Assembly (NCBI GenBank): GCA_041288045.1
Contig: JBGGMM010000095.1
Location: 1-38,720 of the forward strand
Direction of reading: 5' to 3'
DNA length: 38,720 nucleotides
Source of the DNA: Pseudobdellovibrionaceae bacterium
GTDB lineage: Bacteria; Bdellovibrionota; Bdellovibrionia; Bdellovibrionales; Bdellovibrionaceae
Positions 28,514 to 37,763 of the stretch are shown here, in pieces. The translations under genes were made by a program, and so were the position numbers. Below the pieces are notes generated by a model. It was not told the origin of the DNA. It ran no database searches and saw only the letters and a list, made by a program, of their open reading frames with translations. The first letter of the stretch is position 1. The number at the start of each line of letters is the position of its first letter.

Positions 28514-29508
28514 CGTTTCACTTTGCCAAGGGCGTAGATGATCTCCCAAAAGGGAGTGATTTTTTCAAGCTCATCCAGTTGCAATGTGGAGCTGATGATT
28601 CCGCCTTCTTCCATGGTTTGCTCACCGAGGAGCTTTTTTTCAATCAGTGGCTGAGTCTCTTCGGTTTTAATCAAGTAGCCCAGCTCTTTCATCGATTCGT
28701 TTTGCAATTCCGTCAGACTGACTTTGACGACACCTTTGTCGTTTTTGGGCTGCTTTTTGGCGAAATGGAGCACGCCCTTGAGGATTTTGATTTCCTCTTC
28801 TTTGATCACGGCGCGTTCGGTTTCTTTTTTAAACAGCCATTCGTTGTACCACTCTGCAAAAGCAAAAAGAAAATCAGATTGATAAATCACGATTTTCTGT
28901 CGGCCTTCGCCAATGTCTTCAACTTTTAAAAGATTCATTTCCATGAGCACATTCATCAGCTTTTGCATTTTGTGCGTAGCTTCTTGAAACACCTGAATGG
29001 TGTAATTGCGAAGCATGGCGCCGTTGATGACGACTCCCTTGTCCTCATCGCTTTGTTTTCCATATTTGTGACCGACGAAATTCAGGATCGAAACAAGCTT
29101 GGTGATCGTGTGCGGGGGGAAAAGATCACTTTCTGAGTTTTCATTTTTTTCCAGCTGTTTGATTCTCTGATTGGCGTTTCTGAGGTGATCATTCACAGTG
29201 CGCATGATCGCTTTGCACCATTCAGGAAAGTTTTGGAACTGAGCGTGAAGGGCTTTGTAGGGAAGTGCAATGACTTCTGAGTCTTTCATGGCTTTGACAG
29301 AGGCCGAGCGGGGCTTATTGTCAAAAAAAGCCATTTCGCCCACCATGGCGCCAGGTCCAACTTCTGCCAAGATAATTTCAGAGTTCTGTTTTGTTTTCAC
29401 CACGGCAAATTTACCCGATTTAACCACGTACATGGCGTCAGGTGGGTCGCCTTCGCGGAAAAGATAATGATCTCGCTCGATTTTCTTAGGGCCGCTGGTG
29501 CTTGACAT
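28510..29508 (-). CDS. Cyclic-nucleotide-binding domain protein (Crp/Fnr-like)
   Basis: LFREGD..DAMYVV.SG, phosphate-binding cassette GEMAFFDNKPRSAS; long atypical C-terminal region; promoter TAGACT(29546-41)-17-TAAAAT(29523-18). Confidence 0.88.
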   Translation of the reverse strand: MSSTSGPKKIERDHYLFREGDPPDAMYVVKSGKFAVVKTKQNSEIILAEVGPGAMVGEMAFFDNKPRSASVKAMKDSEVIALPYKALHAQFQNFPEWCKAIMRTVNDHLRNANQRIKQLEKNENSESDLFPPHTITKLVSILNFVGHKYGKQSDEDKGVVINGAMLRNYTIQVFQEATHKMQKLMNVLMEMNLLKVEDIGEGRQKIVIYQSDFLFAFAEWYNEWLFKKETERAVIKEEEIKILKGVLHFAKKQPKNDKGVVKVSLTELQNESMKELGYLIKTEETQPLIEKKLLGEQTMEEGGIISSTLQLDELEKITPFWEIIYALGKVKR

Positions 29509-29670
29509 CTCGAGATGATTTTAACAATGCGCGCGGGGCAAGTCTAACAGTCGGCACAATCTGGACGAAAGCTCAGCTGACTCGCCAGATCAGCAAATCT
29601 TTTTCGATTGCGGGTTGCAGGTGGCCATGACTAGTCTTGCCTCGATCAACCCGGTTCAAAGGAGAACTTG

Positions 29671-30123
29671 ATGAAAATGATGCTTATAACATTGGCAACA
29701 CTGGTTTCAGCTTCGGCGCTTGCTTGCCCGACATTCAACGGCGCATACCTGTGCAAGGGCGATGGCTTAGAGCAAACTCTCAATGTGAAGACAGAAGTGG
29801 TTGATGGAGTTCACAAATACTCTCTGGATGACACCAGTGTTTTGGCCGATGGCCAGTACCGCAAAGTGAATTTTCAAGGTGGGGAGTACGACATGGCCGC
29901 CACTTGCAAAGACCAAAATCTCACAGTGAACATCAAATTTGGTGGCGGCGAAGGGGATCACCCCGACTGTGGACCACAAAAATGGGATCTGATTTACTCT
30001 CTCAGTTTCTCACAAAACGAAACCGGCATCAATGAAACCCACGGCGGCCAAGCTCAATGCGCCGACGGAAAAACCTATCCAACCGAAGACATGAACGGCT
30101 CCATGACCTGTGTCCTGAAGTGA
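29671..30123 (+). CDS. Secreted Cys-containing hypothetical protein
   Basis: SD AAGGAG; signal peptide ending ALA; ACPTFNGAYLC; 6 Cys. Confidence 0.8.
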   Translation: MKMMLITLATLVSASALACPTFNGAYLCKGDGLEQTLNVKTEVVDGVHKYSLDDTSVLADGQYRKVNFQGGEYDMAATCKDQNLTVNIKFGGGEGDHPDCGPQKWDLIYSLSFSQNETGINETHGGQAQCADGKTYPTEDMNGSMTCVLK

Positions 30124-30139
30124 TCGGCAAGGAAGCGCT

Positions 30140-30174
30140 GTGCCTCAGGACGTCGATCATGAGGCACCTTTCTT
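30140..30174 (+). terminator. Probable intrinsic terminator
   Basis: GTGCCTCA...TGAGGCAC stem followed by CTTTCTT. Confidence 0.5.
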
Positions 30175-30266
30175 GAAATGATGAAGGATCAGCAAGGATT
30201 TTGGGGACATTTTGAAACCAAAATCAAGGACTGTTCAAATCAAACAATCATTCCAAAGGGGAGAAA

Positions 30267-30758
30267 ATGAAATTTTGTATGAAGTTAACGCTGGTCATTC
30301 TGTGTTGGGGACAATTCGCACTGGCAGCAGGTTCTTCAAGCAAGCTGAGTGTTCGTCAGCTGGTCGATCATTTTTACCAACAGAAAGAGCGACAATCTTT
30401 GCTCCTGAATCTGAACGAGCTTCATCATCCTCCCCATTGTGATGAACCCGTCGGACCTTCTTGCACTGATGTGGCTTGTGAAAAACTGGGAGCTTGGGGT
30501 TGTGACGATCTTTCTGAAATCAAAGAGGTCGGCGCTGCTTGTCGTGGAAATTACGATGGTCAGTGTTTGAAAGCCGCCTGTGCAAAGCTGGGAGCTTGGG
30601 GTTGTGACAATCTTTCAGAAGTGAAAGAAGTGGCCAGAGCTTGTGTTGGCAATTATGAGATGAGCTGCTTTGATTCTGTTTGTCAGCGCCTAGGTGCTTG
30701 GGGTTGTGACGATCTTTCAGAAGTGAAAGAGGTTTTGCAAACTTGCTCTGGAAACTAA
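30267..30758 (+). CDS. Secreted Cys-rich tandem-repeat protein
   Basis: Signal peptide ending ALA; three 34-aa repeats with 4 Cys each; SD GGGGAG. Confidence 0.85.
   Translation: MKFCMKLTLVILCWGQFALAAGSSSKLSVRQLVDHFYQQKERQSLLLNLNELHHPPHCDEPVGPSCTDVACEKLGAWGCDDLSEIKEVGAACRGNYDGQCLKAACAKLGAWGCDNLSEVKEVARACVGNYEMSCFDSVCQRLGAWGCDDLSEVKEVLQTCSGN
30459..30755 (+). repeat. Three in-frame 102-nt coding repeats
   Basis: GCTTGGGGTTGTGAC at 30492, 30594 and 30696 (period 102). Confidence 0.9.
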
Positions 30759-30843
30759 GCTGAAAACGGGCTGTCGAATCTCTGATCAGGCCTGAATCTT
30801 TTCTCCTCATAAAAAACCCAAATCTATTTTAACCACTAGAGAG

Positions 30844-30860
30844 TTGGTCCCGGCTTTGCT
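30844..30860 (+). promoter_or_regulatory. sigma54 (-24/-12) promoter candidate
   Basis: TTGGTCCCGGCTTTGCT: GG-N10-GC, resembling TGGCAC-N5-TTGCW. Confidence 0.55.
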
Positions 30861-30886
30861 CTTTCATTCGGATGGCAAAGGATTTA

Positions 30887-31771
30887 ATGATGATCAAAAC
30901 ACAGCGGTTCATGACGGGTTTAGCTTTAGGTTTGGCACTGACTTTGACAGCTTGCTTTGAAGCTGAAGATCTCAAGCCGGCGGCAGATGTGGATGGCAAC
31001 TGCACGGCGGTGTTTGTCAGTGATTACAATTCGACTGAGAATTCCGTCAAAGAAGCAGAAAAGGATCGCGCTAACAGTGAGGCCATTGCCAGTGCTCTTT
31101 TGAGCTGTGAGAATTTCGAATCTCAATATCAAAATCTCTCCGAAAAAGCCTGCAAAGCTGGTGGCGGACAATCGATCGATGGTCTGTCTTTAAAGGCGCG
31201 ATGTGAAAAGTTGAGCTTTTCATCAGCTGACTCGACGGATCTATCGACAGACGGAGCTGATGCTCAAGTTCCCAAACCTGAAGAGGGTTTGAAGGATTTT
31301 GCGGATCGAACTGCCAAAAATAAAGAGAAAGGTCCGATCACGCAAGTCGGAGATGAAGTGGCTTTGAAAGACTACAAAGCTTCACCCATTCTGTTTGATA
31401 TTCTTTCTCATTCCAACATTGACGAAGTGAAAACGAAGCAAAGAGAAGACAAAGTTTTCTTCCAGGGAAAAGTTGGAACACTGGCTAGTTTTCGAGAAGC
31501 TTTCAATCAGCAAAAATCAGCTTTTTGTGGAATTTACGACACCGAAGACACTTTGCTCGTCAACGGCGCCCAACTGGATGTCGTGGAAATCAAAGAAGAG
31601 CCCTTTGTCAGCAAGACAGGCAAAGAGCCGATGGGTCGAATTGTGATCGCCTTTCGGGATCTCAAACTCTATCTTTGGTGTGTAAAGAAAGAAGTCACTC
31701 CCTTTACTCTCAAGGAAATTCGAGAGGCCCTCAAGGGAACTTTCGAAGTCCGCCTAGGCGTTCAGAATTAA
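30887..31771 (+). CDS. Lipoprotein, hypothetical
   Basis: Lipobox LTAC after a hydrophobic stretch; several Cys; start uncertain (30872/30887/30890). Confidence 0.8.
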   Translation: MMIKTQRFMTGLALGLALTLTACFEAEDLKPAADVDGNCTAVFVSDYNSTENSVKEAEKDRANSEAIASALLSCENFESQYQNLSEKACKAGGGQSIDGLSLKARCEKLSFSSADSTDLSTDGADAQVPKPEEGLKDFADRTAKNKEKGPITQVGDEVALKDYKASPILFDILSHSNIDEVKTKQREDKVFFQGKVGTLASFREAFNQQKSAFCGIYDTEDTLLVNGAQLDVVEIKEEPFVSKTGKEPMGRIVIAFRDLKLYLWCVKKEVTPFTLKEIREALKGTFEVRLGVQN

Positions 31772-32424
31772 AACTGCATTTTCTTGCAATCGGGCGCCAC
31801 TTTCATTCGGCCTTCTGTGGCTTTCACGACTTGCTCAGGAGTTAAATCCGGAGCGTACTCGCGAAGCACGAAACCTTCTTTGGTGATGTCGATCACGCCA
31901 AAATCAGAAACGATTTTTTGAATACATCCCACACCCGTCAGAGGCAGGCTGCATTTGGTTTTTAGTTTTGAGTTTCCCTCTTTGTCGGTGTGTTGCATAG
32001 CCACGATCACGCGCTTAGCGCCTGCGACCAAATCCATCGCACCACCCATACCCTTGACCATTTTGCCAGGCACCATCCAGTTGGCGATATCACCAGTTTC
32101 AGAAACTTCCATGGCACCCAGAACAGTGAGATCAATGTGACCTCCACGGATCATGGCAAAGCTATCAGCGCTTGAAAAAAAACTGGCACCAGCAAGAGCC
32201 GTGACTGTTTGTTTGCCGGCGTTGATCAGATCCGGATCGATTTTATCTTCTGTTGGAAAGGGTCCCAAACCCAAAAGGCCGTTTTCACTTTGTAACATAA
32301 CCCTTTTTGTGGGCGGGATGAAATTGGCCACCAATGTGGGAATGCCAATGCCGAGATTGACGGTGAAACCGTCTTCGACTTCTTGAGAAATTCTTTGGGC
32401 GATTTGTTCACGATTGAGAGGCAT
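31768..32424 (-). CDS. scoB: 3-oxoacid CoA-transferase subunit B
   Basis: VNLGIGIPT, catalytic LQSENG, FAMIRGGHID, GMGGAMDLVAG. Confidence 0.95.
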   Translation of the reverse strand: MPLNREQIAQRISQEVEDGFTVNLGIGIPTLVANFIPPTKRVMLQSENGLLGLGPFPTEDKIDPDLINAGKQTVTALAGASFFSSADSFAMIRGGHIDLTVLGAMEVSETGDIANWMVPGKMVKGMGGAMDLVAGAKRVIVAMQHTDKEGNSKLKTKCSLPLTGVGCIQKIVSDFGVIDITKEGFVLREYAPDLTPEQVVKATEGRMKVAPDCKKMQF

Positions 32425-32426
32425 GC

Positions 32427-33122
32427 TTATTTCCTCACAGTCTTTTGTTCAATTCGTTTTTGATATTCACGGCCCTGGAAAATACGCTGAATGTAAACTC
32501 CGGGAGTATGGATTTGATCGGGATCCAATTCTCCGACTTCGACCAATTCTTCCACTTCGGCCACTGTGATTTTTCCAGCGGTTGCGGCCATGGGATTGAA
32601 ATTGCGAGCGGTTTTTCGAAAAATGAGATTTCCGAATTTATCGCCCTTCCAAGCTTTCACGAAAGCGAAATCTCCGACGATGCCTTTTTCAAGCACGTAC
32701 TTGCGACCATCGAATTCGCGCACTTCTTTGCCTTCAGCCACCAAGGTGCCCACACCTGTCGGAGTGTAGAAAGCTGGGATCCCAGCGCCACCGGCACGCA
32801 TGCGCTCAGCGAGAGTTCCCTGCGGACAGAATTCAAGTTCCAATTCGCCAGCTAAAAACTGCTTTTCAAAAGTGGCGTTTTCGCCGACGTAGCTTGAAAT
32901 CATTTTTTTGATTTGACGGGTTTGTAGCAAAAGCCCCAAACCCCAGTCATCCACACCCGCATTGTTGGAAACGCAGGTGAGATTTTTTGCGCCTGAATCT
33001 TTTAGAGCCAGAATGGAATTTTCTGGAATCCCGCAAAGACCAAAGCCACCGAGAATCAAAGTCATTCCGTCTTTGATTCCCTCAATTGCCGATTTGGCAT
33101 CAGGATACACTTTGTGGTTCAT
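32427..33122 (-). CDS. scoA: 3-oxoacid CoA-transferase subunit A
   Basis: [41 protein letters not shown]. Confidence 0.95.
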   Translation of the reverse strand: MNHKVYPDAKSAIEGIKDGMTLILGGFGLCGIPENSILALKDSGAKNLTCVSNNAGVDDWGLGLLLQTRQIKKMISSYVGENATFEKQFLAGELELEFCPQGTLAERMRAGGAGIPAFYTPTGVGTLVAEGKEVREFDGRKYVLEKGIVGDFAFVKAWKGDKFGNLIFRKTARNFNPMAATAGKITVAEVEELVEVGELDPDQIHTPGVYIQRIFQGREYQKRIEQKTVRK

Positions 33123-33143
33123 AAGCTCTCCCGGTTTGATTTT

Positions 33144-34319
33144 TTAGGCGCGCTCAACAATCAAAGCGACGGCTTCACCACCACCAATGCAGAGAGTGGC
33201 AAGACCATAGCGTTTGTTGTGAGTTTGCAAAGCATAGCAAAGAGTGGTGAGCAGACGAGCGCCGCTGGCGCCAATCGGATGACCGATGGCCACAGCACCG
33301 CCGTGCACATTCACTTTTTCAGCTGGAATTTCCAGCTCTTTCATTGCCGCCATTGTGACATTAGAAAAAGCTTCGTTGATTTCCCAAAGATCAATGTCGC
33401 TGGCTTTTAGATTGGCTTTTTTCAAAGCGGCTTTGATCGCACCGACAGGAGCTGTGGTGAACCATTTTGGATCTTGAGCGAAAGTGCCGTGAGCAACCAC
33501 TGTTGCCAAAGGTTTCACTCCGCGCTTTTTCGCTTCCGTTTCGCTCATCAAAACCAGGGCGGCAGCACCGTCATTGATTTTCGATGCGTTTGCAGCTGTG
33601 ATGGTGCCCTCTTTATCAAAAGCAGGACGCAGGCCTGGCATCTTATCAAATTTCGCATTGCCGGGTTCTTCGTCTTTGTCCAGAACCACAGTGCCTTTTT
33701 TATCTTGATACTCCACAGGGGCAATTTCATTTTTAAAAGCGCCACTAGCTTGAGCGGCCTGGGCTTTTTTATAAGAGTTGATGGCAAATTCATCCTGTTG
33801 CTCTCGAGTGAATTTGTACTCTGTCGCGCAAAGCTCAGCGGCATTTCCCATATGCCAATTGTTGTAGGGATCCCAAAGTCCATCTTTGATCATAGAGTCC
33901 ACCACTTGAGTGGGTCCCATGCGATAGCCAGACCTTGAATTTTCCAAAAGATGGGGAGCGAGAGTCATGTTTTCTTGTCCGCCAGCGATTGCGATCTTGG
34001 TGTTGCCAAGGGCGATATTGTCAGAAGCTAGCATCACGGCTTTTAGGCCAGATCCACAGACTTTATTGATGGTCATGCAAGGAGTAGAGGGAGCAAGGCC
34101 AGCCCCAAGAGCTGCTTGTCTGGCAGGAGCCTGTCCGACACCTGCAGCCAGGACTTCGCCCATGATGACTTCTTCGACTTCGCCAGCGCCGACGCCGGAT
34201 CTTTTCAAAGCTTCCTTAATGGCCACTGCACCCAATTTTGGTGCCGGCATTTGTGAGTAGATTCCTTGAAAGCTTCCCACGGGGGTGCGGGCTGCAGAGG
34301 CAATGACAACCTTTTCCAT
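33144..34319 (-). CDS. atoB: Acetyl-CoA C-acetyltransferase (thiolase)
   Basis: RTPVGSF, INKVCGSG, NEAF, GHPIGASG, CIGGG; ATG 34319 with SD AAGGAG. Confidence 0.95.
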   Translation of the reverse strand: MEKVVIASAARTPVGSFQGIYSQMPAPKLGAVAIKEALKRSGVGAGEVEEVIMGEVLAAGVGQAPARQAALGAGLAPSTPCMTINKVCGSGLKAVMLASDNIALGNTKIAIAGGQENMTLAPHLLENSRSGYRMGPTQVVDSMIKDGLWDPYNNWHMGNAAELCATEYKFTREQQDEFAINSYKKAQAAQASGAFKNEIAPVEYQDKKGTVVLDKDEEPGNAKFDKMPGLRPAFDKEGTITAANASKINDGAAALVLMSETEAKKRGVKPLATVVAHGTFAQDPKWFTTAPVGAIKAALKKANLKASDIDLWEINEAFSNVTMAAMKELEIPAEKVNVHGGAVAIGHPIGASGARLLTTLCYALQTHNKRYGLATLCIGGGEAVALIVERA

Positions 34320-34379
34320 AATCGATTTCTCCTTTGAATTTGAACCCCCACAAGGCACACTCTTTTTCTGGAGGTGTCA

Positions 34380-35351
34380 ATGCTAAGACTTGCTGCGCTG
34401 ATCAATGCCACACTTATGCTCACTGCTGGAATCACTCTGGCGGCCACAAGCGAAATTCCGATCAAGGGCTCAGAGAAAATCCTGATTTCCGTGCCCGAGG
34501 CCGTGGTGAATGTGCAGGCCACATCGGGCAAAGTTCTTCGTGTCACTCTCAGTGCTGGAGCTGCTGAAGACTACACTTTGAAAACGGAAGGCAATCAAAT
34601 CCGCATTGAAGCTAAGGAGAGCTTACAAAATGGCGGCTTTGGGCCGATCCCTTCGAAAAAACGTCTGATTGAAATTTCGGGCCCATCCGTGGGACTTGAG
34701 ATCCATGCTTTTGATGGGCAAATTCAGCTGAACAAATGGGGAAAAGAAGCGCTGGTGCATTTGCAAAAGGGCCGCTTTGTCAGTCGCGATGGGCAGGGGT
34801 CTTTGGTGGCGCATATGCAAAATGGCGAAATTCAAATCCTGGAACACCAGGGACGTGTGGATGTGGACTCTTACAAAGCTTCGGTGACAGTGAAAAACCT
34901 CAACGGCGATTTGGATCTAGAGAATTTCGCCGGAGAATCGGTTGTGGATAAGGTCAAAGGATTTCTCTCGCTCAATCAAGGGGCGGGCAGCAGCAAAATC
35001 ACCGGTAGCTCAGGTTCTATGCAATTTGATTTGGTGAAGGGCATTTTGAATGTTCAAGCTTTTCAGGGGCGAGTGGAAGGGCAGACGCAAGAAGGACCCG
35101 TGAATGTCAGTCTGGCGCCGGAAGCAGATGTGAATATCAAATCCCAAACAGGTCGAGTGACAGTCAACACGCCTTCCGGTTCGGGTGCTTTTCTCAATCT
35201 GCTCAGTCAAGAGGGGGAGATTCAAGCTCCCAATTATATGAAAGTGATTCGGGATGGCAGTCAGAAGTCCTTGAAGGGTCGGCTGAAGGGTGATTCGCAA
35301 AAAGGCAGTGTGGTGGTGAGAAGTCAGGCGGCCTCGATCATCATTCGATAA
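34380..35351 (+). CDS. Secreted DUF4097 beta-strand-repeat (adhesin-like) protein
   Basis: Signal peptide; repeated 'G.I.L....G.V...S..G' units; SD GGAGG. Confidence 0.75.
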   Translation: MLRLAALINATLMLTAGITLAATSEIPIKGSEKILISVPEAVVNVQATSGKVLRVTLSAGAAEDYTLKTEGNQIRIEAKESLQNGGFGPIPSKKRLIEISGPSVGLEIHAFDGQIQLNKWGKEALVHLQKGRFVSRDGQGSLVAHMQNGEIQILEHQGRVDVDSYKASVTVKNLNGDLDLENFAGESVVDKVKGFLSLNQGAGSSKITGSSGSMQFDLVKGILNVQAFQGRVEGQTQEGPVNVSLAPEADVNIKSQTGRVTVNTPSGSGAFLNLLSQEGEIQAPNYMKVIRDGSQKSLKGRLKGDSQKGSVVVRSQAASIIIR

Positions 35352-35419
35352 AACTGGCGATAAATTTTGAAAATGGGGGGTTGACAGCCTCTCTGAATTC
35401 GTTCAAGCATGGCTTCACT

Positions 35420-36292
35420 ATGGCTAAAGCGTCAAAAAAACCTGTGAAGAAACAAGCCCCTAAAGCTGCAGCAAAAAAAGCGGCTCCGGGGAAAGCAAAA
35501 ACCCCAGCAAAAGCAGCAGCTTCGGCAAAATCCAAAGCAGCAAAACCGACCAAAGCCGCTCCGCAAAAAAGCCCTTTGATGAAGGCAGTGACAGGGGCCG
35601 TCGGAAAGTTTCTGGGAAAAGATAAGCCAGCCAAGCCTAACGCAAAAGCCCAAAAACCAGCAGCCGCTGCACCAATGCCGGCTGAAATGAAAAAAGACAA
35701 AAAAGCTCCTTTGCCTAAAAAAGACAAAAAGAAAAAAGGCAAAGAGGGTTTTGATATGGAAGAAGATGATCTTCTCACCACCGATGATGACATGATCGGT
35801 GGCGAAGACATTCCAGATCTTTCTGAATTCGATGAAAACGAAACAGAAGAGATCGAATCTGCTGATGATGACAGCGACGAATCGTCGGTTGTCGCTGAAG
35901 CCAAGCCCACAGACGGTGAAATCGTGCTCACCGATGCCGAAGGCCGCAGATACTGCCGAGTTCGCGACTGTGATCAAATTTCAGCGGTTGAAGGTTACTG
36001 CCGCTATCATTACCTGCAATTGTGGAAGAAAATCCAAATCCGCCGAAAAATTCTGGCTGACGGAAAGCTCGAGCGCTACGTGGATGAACTCACATCCCGC
36101 TATCCAGATAAATTCTTAGAAATGATCCGCAAAGACTTGCGCACGGAAAAAGATTTCCTCGCAGCCATCGCTGAACTCGAAATCGACGAGTCCGCCGGTG
36201 AAAACGAATTCGAAGACGAAGCACAGAGCTACGTGGACGAAATCCGCGGCATGACCACTGATTCCGGAATGACAGAGGAAGAGGAGTTTTAA
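35420..36292 (+). CDS. Hypothetical protein: K/A/P-rich N-terminus, acidic linker, Cys3-His putative Zn site, acidic tail
   Basis: Composition; YCRVRDC...GYCRYHY; TTGACA at 35381 upstream. Confidence 0.85.
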   Translation: MAKASKKPVKKQAPKAAAKKAAPGKAKTPAKAAASAKSKAAKPTKAAPQKSPLMKAVTGAVGKFLGKDKPAKPNAKAQKPAAAAPMPAEMKKDKKAPLPKKDKKKKGKEGFDMEEDDLLTTDDDMIGGEDIPDLSEFDENETEEIESADDDSDESSVVAEAKPTDGEIVLTDAEGRRYCRVRDCDQISAVEGYCRYHYLQLWKKIQIRRKILADGKLERYVDELTSRYPDKFLEMIRKDLRTEKDFLAAIAELEIDESAGENEFEDEAQSYVDEIRGMTTDSGMTEEEEF

Positions 36293-36305
36293 ACTTCTCT
36301 TTTAT

Positions 36306-37592
36306 CTAAAGGGCGCCCTCGCTGAGCTCTTGTTGAGAGCTTGATTTACCTTGGTTCGAAATACAGGGCATCAGCGAATTGGAAGCTGTGCTGGGATTTT
36401 GTTGGAGAGCCAAAAAGAAATTCTCACTGCAATTTTTGAGATCACTGTTCAGCATTCCGTGGCCACCATTTGGAACAATCAAAAGTCGGCGGTTCATGTT
36501 TTTCTGATTGCTGGCGTGATACTGGGCTTGCCAGGTTGGGGTTGCGGGATCGTTTTCACCTTGAAGATAGATTACTGGGGCAGAGATCTGATAGTTTTTT
36601 GAATCGTAAAGATGAATCTCTTCTGGTTTGGCGTATTTGGCGCAATCATGAATGAGAGGGGTAGCACTCAGTTTTCCGTCAAAACTGAAGTTTTCAGTTT
36701 CGGCATTGCTCTCTGGAAAAAGTTCTCGACAGCCGATAATTCCATGAAACCACATGCGATCCGGAGAGTCTGGGGCGGTGACTTTGGATTTAAGACGCAG
36801 AAGAATCTGGATCAATTGCTTGGGATTGTCGACGGCTAGCTGAAGAAGTGGCTCCCAGAGTGATTCTCCCCTGGAGTCTTTTCTCTGCATCATTGTCAAT
36901 TGAAGGATCGTTCCCATTTCTTCAGCCGTGATTTGGTGTCGTTGAATCATTCGTTTGATCAGTTGATTGAAAGCGGCGACAACTCCCGAATCGACTTTGG
37001 CAGTCAAGAGAGACCACTCTTTCGCAAAACCTTGAATCGCTTGAGCGTTGGTCAAAGATTTCCCGGCAGTCCCATCCAGAATGACAGCGCGTGGAGCTTT
37101 CCCCTGTTGAGATAATTGCGAGGCTAAAATAGTTCCAGGCACAGTTCCATAAGAGACGCCGAAAACAATCACATCGGAAGCGCCTACAGATTTCAAGGCC
37201 AATTCAATATCCTTGGCCACTTGTTCAGAATGGGTTGTGTTCCGAAAAGAGTTCATGTCTTTATTTTGATTCACGCCGACGAATAAAGGATCGGTTTGAA
37301 TCACACCGAAGTTTTTTGGAATATTGTATGCCTCACTCATATTGATTTGAGTTGAAGAGCCTCCTGGACCACCGGGAATATAGACAACAGTTGGAGCTCC
37401 ATTTTGGGCGGGACGGTATTTGAATTTGTAGGGTACAATGACAGGATTTCCCTGATCGTTGATCAAAGTGCGTTGAAGGGTGCAAATTCCTGTTGGCTCA
37501 CACTGTACTGAGGAGTCACCGCTTTGGGCCATCCCATTTAATGAGAGGAAGAGAAAAATAAAAAATAGGAGAAGAGGCTTTTCAAGTTGCAT
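36306..37592 (-). CDS. Secreted alpha/beta-hydrolase (S33/TAP-like peptidase)
   Basis: Signal peptide, oxyanion PGGPGGS, nucleophile GVSYG, ILDG, GENDPATP, GGHG. Confidence 0.88.
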   Translation of the reverse strand: MQLEKPLLLFFIFLFLSLNGMAQSGDSSVQCEPTGICTLQRTLINDQGNPVIVPYKFKYRPAQNGAPTVVYIPGGPGGSSTQINMSEAYNIPKNFGVIQTDPLFVGVNQNKDMNSFRNTTHSEQVAKDIELALKSVGASDVIVFGVSYGTVPGTILASQLSQQGKAPRAVILDGTAGKSLTNAQAIQGFAKEWSLLTAKVDSGVVAAFNQLIKRMIQRHQITAEEMGTILQLTMMQRKDSRGESLWEPLLQLAVDNPKQLIQILLRLKSKVTAPDSPDRMWFHGIIGCRELFPESNAETENFSFDGKLSATPLIHDCAKYAKPEEIHLYDSKNYQISAPVIYLQGENDPATPTWQAQYHASNQKNMNRRLLIVPNGGHGMLNSDLKNCSENFFLALQQNPSTASNSLMPCISNQGKSSSQQELSEGAL

Positions 37593-37729
37593 CTCAGAAT
37601 GAATTTTCAAATTAAGCGCCAGCTGTCTTGCCTTGGGTTGGATCTAGAGCCCAGTAAAATCGATAAAGCAATTTAAGGTGATCAACTGTCAAAAAAATCG
37701 TCAGTGAGAGTCACTGGCTGGAACCTGCT

Positions 37730-37757
37730 TTGACATCAAATTTCAGCGTGCTATCCT
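37730..37757 (+). promoter_or_regulatory. sigma70 promoter, leaderless geometry
   Basis: TTGACA(37730-35), 16 nt ending TGC, TATCCT(37752-57), 6 nt, ATG 37764; no SD. Confidence 0.6.
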
Positions 37758-37763
37758 TGCCAG

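Noticed and set aside
30483..30733. Regularly spaced direct repeats as a CRISPR array
   Set aside because: Period is 102 nt, in frame within a signal-peptide ORF; the intervening sequences encode conserved Cys positions; no cas genes.
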